A DNA stretch of 64,000 nt from Candidatus Sericytochromatia bacterium. GTDB taxonomy: Bacteria > Cyanobacteriota > Sericytochromatia > UBA7694. Position numbers and translations under genes: made by a program. Below are positions 1 to 8,795 of the stretch, one piece after another. The stretch covers positions 65,388 through 129,387 of the forward strand of contig JADMKE010000029.1 in assembly GCA_018780035.1 (NCBI GenBank), given 5' to 3'. Position 1 is the first letter of the stretch, and every line of letters starts with the position of its first letter. The notes under the pieces are model-generated. The model did not search any database, had not been told where the DNA came from, and worked only from the letters and a program-made list of their open reading frames with translations.

Positions 1-157
1 CATCATTGGCCACATGCAGAACCAAGACCTCAGGGTCTTTTAAATGTTGCTCTAACCAATCTGTTGAGACCAGCATGTCGTGTTGGATCGGGGGAATCAT
101 CGAAGAGGTGGGTTCGACCACGAGGGCCGAGGTCAGCAAAAGAGACGCTAAAAACAT
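1..157 (-). CDS. Rhodanese/sulfurtransferase, 5' end only (runs off window)
   Basis: Not in ORF track. Manual translation MFLASLLLTSALVVEP...MLVSTDWLEQHLKDPEVLVLHV matches the SseA/rhodanese N-terminus. GGAG RBS upstream. Confidence 0.75.
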   Translation of the reverse strand, partial: MFLASLLLTSALVVEPTSSMIPPIQHDMLVSTDWLEQHLKDPEVLVLHVAND

Positions 158-256
158 GGGTTAACTCCCAAAAAGGTTATATTACTATTTGACAAAGTTG
201 ACTTGGCTACATTAAAAGAATAGTCTTTCATATCAAAATAAACTGCCGAATTTAGT

Positions 257-1561
257 TTAATTCCACCACGGAATGTCCCTTACTGAGCCAACAGTTAGGT
301 GTCTACACCGTATACGATGGTTTAACCACACATTTGTTTTTTCGTTAATCAAGAGCTTCATCGCTTCCCTGCAAATCTTAATCCCCCCTTTGTAAGGTTT
401 TAGTACGAGAAGATGATTCTCAACAGCAACAGGAGAGTCTCCAAGAACCAGTGTAACAACTGCTCTTTCTTTGTCTCTTGAACTCGATGTTCTTCTCACA
501 GTAAGAAAAGGAGGTAGAAAAACACGTTTGTAAAATTTTATTTTTGAGTCTAAATAATTTACATTTACTTCCCCTCCTGAAGGTAACAAACGACTATGTA
601 TGTAAGGATATTCCTCGCCAATTTCAGGATCGCGGTGTGGAACAACGGTACCTACTGAAACTTGAAATAGATCTCCAATAGTTTGACTTGTCGAATCCAT
701 TAACACGGAGCATAGCCAATTATAGTTTGAATTATTGATTTTTTGAGAACGTTTTGTTAAATGAATTATGAATACATCAACATCTGCATAATCATCGAAT
801 TTCCCAACTACTTCAATTGAGCTGACAGCAGCCATGGATGTTATGTGATTTCTCCATTTTTCATATCTTGATCCGGTACGGAGAACGTCAGGTAGAATTG
901 CAGCAATTTGAGATCCGGATTCAGCTTTTTCAATACATTCCGATAAAAAAATTGCTGCCATAGAAATCTTACCTCTTCCCCATGATGCTTTATGAACTTG
1001 ATGGTAGTAAGGTGGATTCAATACGTATAGAGATCTTCTATTAACTTTGCTCAAATACTCTATTCCGTCATTAATGGTAATATTTGGGAAAAGTTCGTCT
1101 TGATTAATTGTGTCAAAATCACAATACGAATTATGCCTTTGCATTGCTTCTAAAACTAATCGGTATTTGAGTGCTAAAATAAACTGAGGTACTACGTCTA
1201 CGCCATGTAAAATTTTTCCCCATTCATTTAAAGTTTTAGAAAGTGTATTCTGGAGAGGTAAAAAGCTAGATGCAGCAAGGAGAAGACTTCCAGCACCACA
1301 AGAGGGATCAATTATACTCAGATTATTTTTCAAAATATCTGAATAAGGCCTTAGGAGCCGTTGAGAAAGTTCTGTAGAAGTAAAAAATGCCCCCAGTGCT
1401 TGACGCTCTTTTAAGTCTAAGGAATTTCTTAACGATTTAGCAGCATCTCCGTTTAGTGCTGGCTCAATAAGAACTTTATATTTAACATCGATATTTTTAT
1501 TGCTTTTTAGTTTCTGGATTAATTCGCTTAATCCAATTGTGTAGTCAGAAAAATTATTCAT
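257..1561 (-). CDS. N6-adenine (amino) DNA methyltransferase, gamma-class order, with C-terminal putative TRD
   Basis: GAFFT, motif I IIDPSCGAGSLL and motif IV LNPPY. ATG at 1561 overlaps the upstream stop (ATGA). Confidence 0.9.
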   Translation of the reverse strand: MNNFSDYTIGLSELIQKLKSNKNIDVKYKVLIEPALNGDAAKSLRNSLDLKERQALGAFFTSTELSQRLLRPYSDILKNNLSIIDPSCGAGSLLLAASSFLPLQNTLSKTLNEWGKILHGVDVVPQFILALKYRLVLEAMQRHNSYCDFDTINQDELFPNITINDGIEYLSKVNRRSLYVLNPPYYHQVHKASWGRGKISMAAIFLSECIEKAESGSQIAAILPDVLRTGSRYEKWRNHITSMAAVSSIEVVGKFDDYADVDVFIIHLTKRSQKINNSNYNWLCSVLMDSTSQTIGDLFQVSVGTVVPHRDPEIGEEYPYIHSRLLPSGGEVNVNYLDSKIKFYKRVFLPPFLTVRRTSSSRDKERAVVTLVLGDSPVAVENHLLVLKPYKGGIKICREAMKLLINEKTNVWLNHRIRCRHLTVGSVRDIPWWN

Positions 1562-2550
1562 CTCACTACCCAAATAGCGTTAACAAGTTCTTCTCGTCTA
1601 AAGGATGAAGGTAAATCTATTTCATCAGGAATAAAAATTTTAGGAAATCTCCTACGCCTCTGACCAGTGTTTCTTGCACTTAAAGCATTTAAAATAACGT
1701 CAGGTTTTTGATGGATAATAGATTGAATGATAATTCCATAGGGGGATAGGTTTAGAATTGATTTTCCTCGGCCAGCCTTACTTTCATCAATTAGAATTTT
1801 AGCTAAAATGTCTGAATTTAAATCCAATAATTTTAATAAATCTTGAATATTTTTAGAAAGACGGATAATGTCTTGGGGAAGACTAGATTGCTCCCAATTT
1901 GACTTAACAAGATTAATTATTTTAATTAGTTCTTGTGTCTGTCGATCTGTCTTATTTGACAGCGCTACCTCAGAAATTTCATCAACAGCTGCCACAGCAG
2001 ACTCAGCATGTTCCAACATGGCTTTAACTTGGAATGCGACCCTTTGCCTAGCCCAACTTAAATTGTCATTTTTGTATATCAGATCATGTGTTGAGATTGA
2101 CCATGCATGTTGTAGAAATGTTTTTATCTGACATTCAAACTTTTTTCCTAACAATCCTGACGGAGGTAATGTTTCGTCATCGATCCATTCTACGTATAGC
2201 CTTAAATCGTCAAAGACAAAAGATTCTGGAGATTTATGGGTCAGACTATCCTCCTGAGGTCTTCGATATTTAAGTGTGAATAGGCTACAAATAAGGTCTT
2301 CAGCCTCTTTTATCGAATGGAAATTATTCACAACAATTGTACAGGCAAAGAAATCTTCCAAATCCTTGGGATTATCAAACCTTCCAGTCTCAAGCTTTTG
2401 AGCAAAACTTTCTAATTGTTTTACTCGACTTTCATAATGCCATCTTGGGTTTCTCTTAGAACTAATTAACTTATCAACTAGTTGTTGAAGTTCTTCGTAC
2501 ACTTTGACTTGATCAAGATACAAGTTTCTTACAGAAAGTGGTACCTTCAT
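1558..2550 (-). CDS. RelA/SpoT-family (small alarmone synthetase-like) nucleotidyltransferase, divergent
   Basis: SRVKQLESFAQK, DLED, ECQIKTFLQHAW and HDLIYK correspond to the RxKxxxSxxxK, D, ExQxRT and HxxxYK synthetase motifs. Confidence 0.8.
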   Translation of the reverse strand: MKVPLSVRNLYLDQVKVYEELQQLVDKLISSKRNPRWHYESRVKQLESFAQKLETGRFDNPKDLEDFFACTIVVNNFHSIKEAEDLICSLFTLKYRRPQEDSLTHKSPESFVFDDLRLYVEWIDDETLPPSGLLGKKFECQIKTFLQHAWSISTHDLIYKNDNLSWARQRVAFQVKAMLEHAESAVAAVDEISEVALSNKTDRQTQELIKIINLVKSNWEQSSLPQDIIRLSKNIQDLLKLLDLNSDILAKILIDESKAGRGKSILNLSPYGIIIQSIIHQKPDVILNALSARNTGQRRRRFPKIFIPDEIDLPSSFRREELVNAIWVVR

Positions 2551-3671
2551 TATTCACTTTCAACTTCTTCTTCAGAATTTTGCTCTTCTGGTAAAATCTG
2601 AGGTGGCTCTAAACCTAACAAAATACTAGATAATAGAGTATGCCGTGCTTTCCTCTGCGCTGGCTCAGTATTTGCACCAGTCACGTTATTTAAGTAAGCA
2701 AGTGGAGCAGCAAAACTTGATTCAGGTTGGGTCCTTAAAAACTGTTCCAAATTATCTTGTTCAATTTTTAGAGTCTGTACTTGCTTCATAAACGCAGCAA
2801 ATCGTTTAGCGGCCTCTTCATGACTAGGCAATTCAGAGTAGTTTAACGCTATTGCAAACCAAAGAGAAAAAAGATTATTTGATGATTTTGCATATTCTGA
2901 AACGCTTTGATTTGCTGTTTCCATTTGATTGATAAATGATTTTATCTGCTCAAAATGAATTATAAATTTTTCCTCATCAAAATCAACATCAGTCTCTGCT
3001 GGTAGTTCATATTTAGCGCACATTTCATCAATGAAATCTTGATCAAAACCGCGAATTTCCTTATTAATCATGAGTATCATAAGTTCTAAAATAAACTGGA
3101 CATCTTTCATTCTCTTGACTTTTGCTGTTGTTACAATTCCATAGTCTTTCCAGAATTGAGATTCTGCTTCTGCTTCAGCTGTATTTATTAACCACCCATC
3201 AAACATAGCGTGGCGCAATTCCTGACGCTCTAGTTTTAAAGAATTTCGGTTTAGTCGATCAAATACAGCGCTAATTAGCGTTCCTTCAACAATTTTAATG
3301 TATTCAACAGGAATTACGTAATCCCAGAATCTTCTTTTTAAATCATCATCTAATTGTGACCATTTTTTTCCGTTCAGTCTGGTATCACCAAACCCCTTAT
3401 CTATGACTATTTTATTTTGAGTGAATAGCAAGATTGTCTCAAGACGTTGTTTTCCATCCACAACCTCGTGAATATGAAGCCCATCTTTGAATACTTTATG
3501 AAGAAAAATAGCTGGACTGGGATAGCCTCGAAAAATCGAATCTAGAAAAAAACGTCGATCTTTTGGGCTCCATACACTTCTCCGTTGATATGGAGGATTT
3601 AAATCGAGTTGTGCATTTCTATTCAGATCAAGGAACCAACTAATATCCTGAGTTGTTACGCGTCTATCCAT
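2550..3671 (-). CDS. DUF262 (ParB/Srx-like, GmrSD/SspE N-terminal) domain protein
   Basis: PYQRRSVW, VVDGKQRLETI and FDRLNR motifs. No HNH (DUF1524) motif seen in the C-terminus. TAATG overlap with the next gene. Confidence 0.9.
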   Translation of the reverse strand: MDRRVTTQDISWFLDLNRNAQLDLNPPYQRRSVWSPKDRRFFLDSIFRGYPSPAIFLHKVFKDGLHIHEVVDGKQRLETILLFTQNKIVIDKGFGDTRLNGKKWSQLDDDLKRRFWDYVIPVEYIKIVEGTLISAVFDRLNRNSLKLERQELRHAMFDGWLINTAEAEAESQFWKDYGIVTTAKVKRMKDVQFILELMILMINKEIRGFDQDFIDEMCAKYELPAETDVDFDEEKFIIHFEQIKSFINQMETANQSVSEYAKSSNNLFSLWFAIALNYSELPSHEEAAKRFAAFMKQVQTLKIEQDNLEQFLRTQPESSFAAPLAYLNNVTGANTEPAQRKARHTLLSSILLGLEPPQILPEEQNSEEEVESE

Positions 3672-3928
3672 TCGGGCTCCTGTATTTAAATAAAAATTAA
3701 TATTGTATTGTTATGTATGTAATTTAATTATCAACATTATATCAAAGGATAAGTGTATGGGGTTAATAAGTTTTCAAATATAGAAAATTTAAGAAATACT
3801 AATTTTTTCATCTCCCTGTAGGGATTCTCCCTTAAAGAATGTATCACATTTTCGCCTCAAAACCAGCTTTTCTGAATCATAGAACTGAGTTACTTATCCT
3901 TCACGAAACGCAAACCCTGCATGAGGAA

Positions 3929-3960
3929 CAGGCCCAAGAGAAGGGGTTCACTTGGGCCTG
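3929..3960 (-). terminator. Hairpin, probable terminator of the Spy/CpxP-like gene
   Basis: CAGGCCCAAG-N12-CTTGGGCCTG inverted repeat about 40 nt after the stop. U-tract is weak. Confidence 0.5.
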
Positions 3961-3998
3961 ACCAGAACGGAGAAAGCAGAATCAGAAGGGGATCACCA

Positions 3999-5003
3999 TT
4001 AGAACAGTGGGTCTTGTCTTTGCTGGCGCTTTTCTTGGTGCTTTTGCATCCGCTGTTTCATCCGCTCTTTCATGCTCTCCTGCATGGCTTTGCCACGGGT
4101 TTCGAGCTTGGCCACCAGGGCTTCACGTTGCTGGGGGCTGAGAAGGCCATGGACCTCGGCCATCATCTGCAGGCGCTGATCCAGATGGCTTTCCATTCCA
4201 TTGAGGCCTGTGTTGAGCACAGCCTTTACCTGTTCGACGCTGGGGGTACCGGCTTGAAAGAGGCTTACCAGCTGATTCTTGACCCCGCTCAGCTCTTTAA
4301 ACTGGGCCATGCGCTGGGGTTGACTCTGTTCAAACAGGTTTTTGAGTTGGGTTTTTTGCGCTTCACTCAGGCCCAGCTCAGCTGCCATTTTTTCCAAGCG
4401 TTTGCCACCTCCGTGGCCATGCATTTGCATGAGTTTATCCGCAAAGGGCATTTTGCTAAACCCGGCGATTTTTTTCTCGACCTGATCGAGCTGGCTATAC
4501 ACCTCTTGGCGCTGTTCGGGGGTCAAAATGCTGTAGACCTGCACCATTTTTTCAGCCATTTTTTGGCTGCGCGCAGCTTTCTGTGCGGCAATCAGCGGGG
4601 TGATTTGGCTTTTCACGGCAGCGGTCTCAAATTTGGCACTCAAAAAGGCAGTTTTAAAAATCTGTTTAAACTGGCTGAGGGTCTCTTTGTGATTCTGAAA
4701 ATCAGCGCGGGCCTCTTTGCGCATGGCTTGCAGCTGGGATTTTTGCGCATCGCTGAGATTGAGCTTTTTCAAGAATCCGGCCATGTGCTGACCACGCATG
4801 CCTCTGCCGTGCTGCATCCCAAAACCATTGCCTTTTTCTTCGGCAAAAGCAGGGTTATCGAGGCCCAGCAGATCAAAATCGGCACTGTCTTCGGAATTGA
4901 AGCGGGAATTCACCTGTGTGCTGGGGCCTTGGCTCTGAGCGGCGCAGCCCACGACCAAAAGTGTTGCAGATGCGAGAGCGAATAGGGATTTAATCAGTTT
5001 CAT
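3999..5003 (-). CDS. Spy/CpxP-family chaperone lipoprotein with duplicated domain
   Basis: Lipobox LVVGC, four LTxxQ-like motifs (LSDAQ, LTPEQ, LSEAQ, LSPQQ), GAGG RBS before ATG 5003. Confidence 0.8.
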   Translation of the reverse strand: MKLIKSLFALASATLLVVGCAAQSQGPSTQVNSRFNSEDSADFDLLGLDNPAFAEEKGNGFGMQHGRGMRGQHMAGFLKKLNLSDAQKSQLQAMRKEARADFQNHKETLSQFKQIFKTAFLSAKFETAAVKSQITPLIAAQKAARSQKMAEKMVQVYSILTPEQRQEVYSQLDQVEKKIAGFSKMPFADKLMQMHGHGGGKRLEKMAAELGLSEAQKTQLKNLFEQSQPQRMAQFKELSGVKNQLVSLFQAGTPSVEQVKAVLNTGLNGMESHLDQRLQMMAEVHGLLSPQQREALVAKLETRGKAMQESMKERMKQRMQKHQEKRQQRQDPLF

Positions 5004-5097
5004 TTGGGTCTTCCTCACTGTGTGTGTTTGCTTAAGTTTCAGTATGCCGATTGCCTGTGTGGATAGTTTCAGAAAAGTGTAAAGACTTTGTAAAGAC

Positions 5098-5733
5098 TCA
5101 AAAGAGCCAGGAGACGACAGAAATTCGCTCCCCAGCATTGACGGCTCTGACCTCATGGGTTAAGTCTGAGCGGAAGGCAATTAAGGTGCCTGAGGGGGGC
5201 TCCAGGGGGCGACCGATCAATGTATGTCCCTGGGCCTCAGTGGGCAAATAAAACACCAATTCTCCGCCACTGTATTCATCCTGTTTGCGCGGATGCTCTA
5301 CTTGGCGACTGAGCAATAAAATTGTGCTGATTTGGCGTGGCGGCAAGTGGCTCATGCCAGGATATTTCGCAAATTCTGGCAGCCAGTCTCGGTGCGGTTT
5401 AAAATAATAGCCAGGCAAATACTTGAGAAAAGCGGGGGGTTCGAGCCCCCTTAAGCGCACCTGAAAAAAGGTCTCAAATGATCCTCTGAGTGCAATGAGC
5501 CGATCTGAGACCAAATGGCGGAGTTGGTCCGAGACCTCTATCTGGGCGGTTTTTCGGTCGCCTTGTCTGTTTTTCGCTTGGGCGTAAGGGTTGACAATCG
5601 GTGCCATTTCTGTCTTTTTATCGGCCAATTGCCCATGCAGGGCCTGGATTTCAGCGCTACTCAAAAATTCGGGCTGAGCAAAGAGTAGGCCCTGTCGGGT
5701 GAAAAAATCCAGCGGGTAAGTCTCTCTGCGCAT
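5098..5733 (-). CDS. 2OG-Fe(II) oxygenase (prolyl-hydroxylase-like)
   Basis: HRD...YSGGELVF...HEV...R motif set. Confidence 0.85.
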   Translation of the reverse strand: MRRETYPLDFFTRQGLLFAQPEFLSSAEIQALHGQLADKKTEMAPIVNPYAQAKNRQGDRKTAQIEVSDQLRHLVSDRLIALRGSFETFFQVRLRGLEPPAFLKYLPGYYFKPHRDWLPEFAKYPGMSHLPPRQISTILLLSRQVEHPRKQDEYSGGELVFYLPTEAQGHTLIGRPLEPPSGTLIAFRSDLTHEVRAVNAGERISVVSWLF

Positions 5734-7140
5734 TCACTCAAAGGCAGTCTTTTCTAGGGCTTTGAGGGCTGTCGGCGACAGATCTGGCAGCCCTTCGGCA
5801 ACCAGACTGCGTGCCCCCTTTTGGTAAATCAGCAGGTGGTCGTTGGGAGCGAGAACGACCAATTTTAAAGCCTGAAATTGGCTGGGCAATTTGAGCGCAG
5901 GATAGCGCTTTGCCAAGGTCTGAGCATAGGCGCCTGTGAATTCTTGGGCCTCTTCGGGACTGTCCCAGAGGGTGTTAAACACGAGCCGGGCCTGGGGGGC
6001 TTTTTCGCCTTTGCCGCTGGGCGCTTGTTGGTAGACCTGGTAATGATCCCCTGCCCAGCCACGGGCTGCACTGCGGGCGGGGCCAGCTTCGAGATGTTGG
6101 AGAAAATAATGCCGCCAGCCCCACTCGCCCATGACGCCTCGGGTCAGGAGTGGCCATTGATCGGGCCATTTGGGCTGGTTTTTAAAGTGCAGAGCGCTGG
6201 GGTTTTCGCCATCGAGGTATTTGGCAGGTTGCAAAATCTGTTCGCTGGAGCGGGGCGGGTTTTTATACAGGGTATTGATCTCTTCCCAGCTCCAGCCCTC
6301 TTTGCGGAAGGTCTGAACAAAGCGCATGCCCTGATCGTAAGGGAAGACCAACGATTCACGAATCACCCGTGGGGCTTGGCGCAGTTTTTCAAAGGCAAAA
6401 TTCATGCGCACGGCGTTGGCCAGACTGCCCAACATCTCCATCAGGCTGAAATTGCTCTGCATCAGTCCCTGAACATATTCTGCGGAGGTTAAAGAGGCAT
6501 CGCCTTCGATCATTGACATCAGGGCCAATTGCCGGTCACCGTTGGGCTCTTGTTTTTGCGGTGCTTCGAGGTAGTTTTTTAAGCCAAAGGATTGATCTTG
6601 CAGGGCATGGGTCAATTCATGCGCCACCAGCACCTCTTGGTCCAATTTGCTCAGCGACATGCCTTCGAGCAAATAGAGTTTGCGGGTTTTGGGATCATAA
6701 AAGCCCCCGATTTGTTCGGTGTACAGCCCGAGCATAAATTGGGCATAGTCAAAATCTGTTGCAAAGAGGCCCCAGCGGGTATAAAGGGCCTGTTCACCCT
6801 GGGTATCAGCAGGGTCCAACTCAGCTTCAAATTCCTTGCGCAAAAAGGCCAGCAACTCTTCGCGGCTGAGGGTATCGACTTTGACACTCTCTTTGATTGG
6901 CAATTGCCGCAGTTTGGCTACTTTTTCCAAGATACTGCCGACATTTTCTAAAAGCGGGTATTCGCCGCTCTGGAGTTTGGCTTTGGCGCGGGCCCCGAGT
7001 TCAACGGCGGGAGGCGCAGCCTGGGCACTGAAACCGCCTGCCAGACCCAAGCTTAAATTCAAACTCAGCCCCAAAACAAAATAAACACAGCTTAAACTGA
7101 GTTTACGGCTGTTGCGCAGAATCGTCATTTTGGCACCCAT
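5734..7140 (-). CDS. Secreted HExxH zinc metallopeptidase-like protein
   Basis: Signal-peptide-like N-terminus, GFYDP, VAHELTHALQDQ and a downstream EGDA. Confidence 0.7.
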   Translation of the reverse strand: MGAKMTILRNSRKLSLSCVYFVLGLSLNLSLGLAGGFSAQAAPPAVELGARAKAKLQSGEYPLLENVGSILEKVAKLRQLPIKESVKVDTLSREELLAFLRKEFEAELDPADTQGEQALYTRWGLFATDFDYAQFMLGLYTEQIGGFYDPKTRKLYLLEGMSLSKLDQEVLVAHELTHALQDQSFGLKNYLEAPQKQEPNGDRQLALMSMIEGDASLTSAEYVQGLMQSNFSLMEMLGSLANAVRMNFAFEKLRQAPRVIRESLVFPYDQGMRFVQTFRKEGWSWEEINTLYKNPPRSSEQILQPAKYLDGENPSALHFKNQPKWPDQWPLLTRGVMGEWGWRHYFLQHLEAGPARSAARGWAGDHYQVYQQAPSGKGEKAPQARLVFNTLWDSPEEAQEFTGAYAQTLAKRYPALKLPSQFQALKLVVLAPNDHLLIYQKGARSLVAEGLPDLSPTALKALEKTAFE

Positions 7141-7150
7141 CTCTCAGCGC

Positions 7151-7939
7151 TCATAACGAAAGCGCCGACTCAGGCGGTTCCTTTTGGGGCGGAATGGGGG
7201 TCGGGGTTGGGGTCGATGGCGGCAAGAGGGGGCCAGCAAAAGGGAACGTGGGGGAACCTGATGTTGGATTTGGAGCCGAATTTGTCGCCGAAGTTGAGGC
7301 GGGGCTGGCTGGATTGGCCACGGGAGAGGCGGGAGCGCCTGGTTGTGAGCTGATGGGGGTCAGAACGGGACGGGGAGTGGCTGAGGCCACCGGGCGAGGG
7401 CCACCAGGCACCAAAGGGGTAATCACCGGGAGTGGGGTTGGGATCGGGGTTGAACTGATCAAGGGATTGGAAAGCCCTGAATCGATACGAATATTGGGCA
7501 CCTTTTCGCAGCGGCGATAAATATGCGGCACGCCTTCACCCGTAAATGTCCGGTTGATCTGGGCATTGTCTTGGCTGACACTGCCCGAAGAGAACTCGGT
7601 GCCTCTGGGAAAAAAGGGTTTGCTTTCGTCCAGGTTGAGTTCTCTAAAACTCAGATCGGACCTCACCACCAATTTGGTTCGGCTCGGGTTGAGTTCAAAG
7701 ACAAAGGCATTGGGTGCAATTTTAATAAAATTGAAGGTCGAGCCCAAGGGTTGAACCGTGTTACGCGTATCTACCTCGCGCCAACAACCTGAGATATCGA
7801 TGGAGGGGGGAATGACTTCTGCCGCAGCAGAGGCCACGGCCTGGGCCGTCAACGGACTTTCCGCTTCTGGATCACAGCCCCCGAGCAGGAGTGTTAGCAA
7901 AAGGAGCTGTTTTAAACGCAGATCAGGTCGTCCATTCAT
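7151..7939 (-). CDS. Hypothetical lipoprotein with Pro/Thr-rich tail
   Basis: LLGGC lipobox, low-complexity C-terminus, operonic position. Confidence 0.65.
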   Translation of the reverse strand: MNGRPDLRLKQLLLLTLLLGGCDPEAESPLTAQAVASAAAEVIPPSIDISGCWREVDTRNTVQPLGSTFNFIKIAPNAFVFELNPSRTKLVVRSDLSFRELNLDESKPFFPRGTEFSSGSVSQDNAQINRTFTGEGVPHIYRRCEKVPNIRIDSGLSNPLISSTPIPTPLPVITPLVPGGPRPVASATPRPVLTPISSQPGAPASPVANPASPASTSATNSAPNPTSGSPTFPFAGPLLPPSTPTPTPIPPQKEPPESALSL

Positions 7940-8138
7940 CCACGGGACCTTTGATCTCTCTTTTCCAGAAACAGGTGGTTAAACCTGTTTGGTTGGGTTG
8001 GGCCTGTACCAGCTCCCAACCGTTTTTGCCCAATTTCTCAAAAACTTCCAGGGCTTCAGCGTTCTTTGGTTTTTTTGTGTCAAAAGGCGGGGTCAGCATA
8101 AACTGAGCCTGTGTCACCTTGTATTCCCATTTCGGCAT
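7923..8138 (-). CDS. DUF4177-like small protein
   Basis: MPKWEYKV...LGKNGWELV...FWKR pattern and GAGGT RBS. Confidence 0.7.
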   Translation of the reverse strand: MPKWEYKVTQAQFMLTPPFDTKKPKNAEALEVFEKLGKNGWELVQAQPNQTGLTTCFWKREIKGPVDEWTT

Positions 8139-8246
8139 GTGCTTTACCTCATTCAGATTTCTGGACTCTGGGCTTGGCCTGATGAAGACAGGCACAAGCC
8201 ATTATACAATACTGCTCAGAACAATTGCACGCCGGTTGAACGGCGG

Positions 8247-8720
8247 CTATTTGGCTTTTTCAACCCGGATCAACTCCACTTCAAAAATCAGGGTGGAATT
8301 GGCAGGAATCGGGCCGACATTGCGCTGACCATAACCCATTTCGGGGGGAATCGTCAATTTGCGCTGGCCGCCTTCTTTCATACCGGCAAAGCCTTCGTCC
8401 CAGCCTTTGATGACCTGGCCGACACCCAAGGTGAAGGAAAAGGGTTCATTGCGATCTTTGGAGGAATCAAATTTATCTCCATTGGTCAGCCAGCCTGTGT
8501 AATGGACGATCACGGTATCACCTTTGGCAGGGGTGGCGCCCGTTCCGACTTTGATTTCTTCGATTTTCATTTGGGTGGCATTGGGTGTGGCATTTTGGGT
8601 TTCAGACATGGGTTTCTCCGAGTGTGATTCTTGTTTGAGGCTGCAACTGGCTCCGCCACCAGCCAGCAAATAGGCACTGAGCAGGGCGGTCAGAGAGAAG
8701 GAATAAAGGCGCGTTTTCAT
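8247..8720 (-). CDS. FKBP-type peptidyl-prolyl isomerase
   Basis: [27 protein letters not shown] and IFEVEL motifs. AGGAG RBS. Confidence 0.95.
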   Translation of the reverse strand: MKTRLYSFSLTALLSAYLLAGGGASCSLKQESHSEKPMSETQNATPNATQMKIEEIKVGTGATPAKGDTVIVHYTGWLTNGDKFDSSKDRNEPFSFTLGVGQVIKGWDEGFAGMKEGGQRKLTIPPEMGYGQRNVGPIPANSTLIFEVELIRVEKAK

Positions 8721-8795
8721 GGCAACTCCTTGGCGATGCATCTTGGCTGATGCGTTACAGATGTCTGTTCAAGATAACCCGCCGTTTGGCCTGCG

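Larger units (their letters stand above)
160..3850. other. AT-rich island carrying a three-gene putative defence operon
   Basis: Spot counts give 11/60 and 21/60 G+C in lines 1801 and 2041 versus 38/60 in line 6061. No integrase or transposase inside. Edges approximate. Confidence 0.8.

Noticed and set aside
3580-3605. NPPY tetrapeptide inside the DUF262 protein, suggesting a second methyltransferase
   Set aside because: It is part of the DUF262 PxYQR motif, and there is no SAM-binding motif I.
3921-4985. 354-aa plus-strand ORF (also 61416-62615, 8841-9551 and similar long antisense ORFs)
   Set aside because: These are shadow frames of well-supported genes on the other strand and contain no recognisable motifs.
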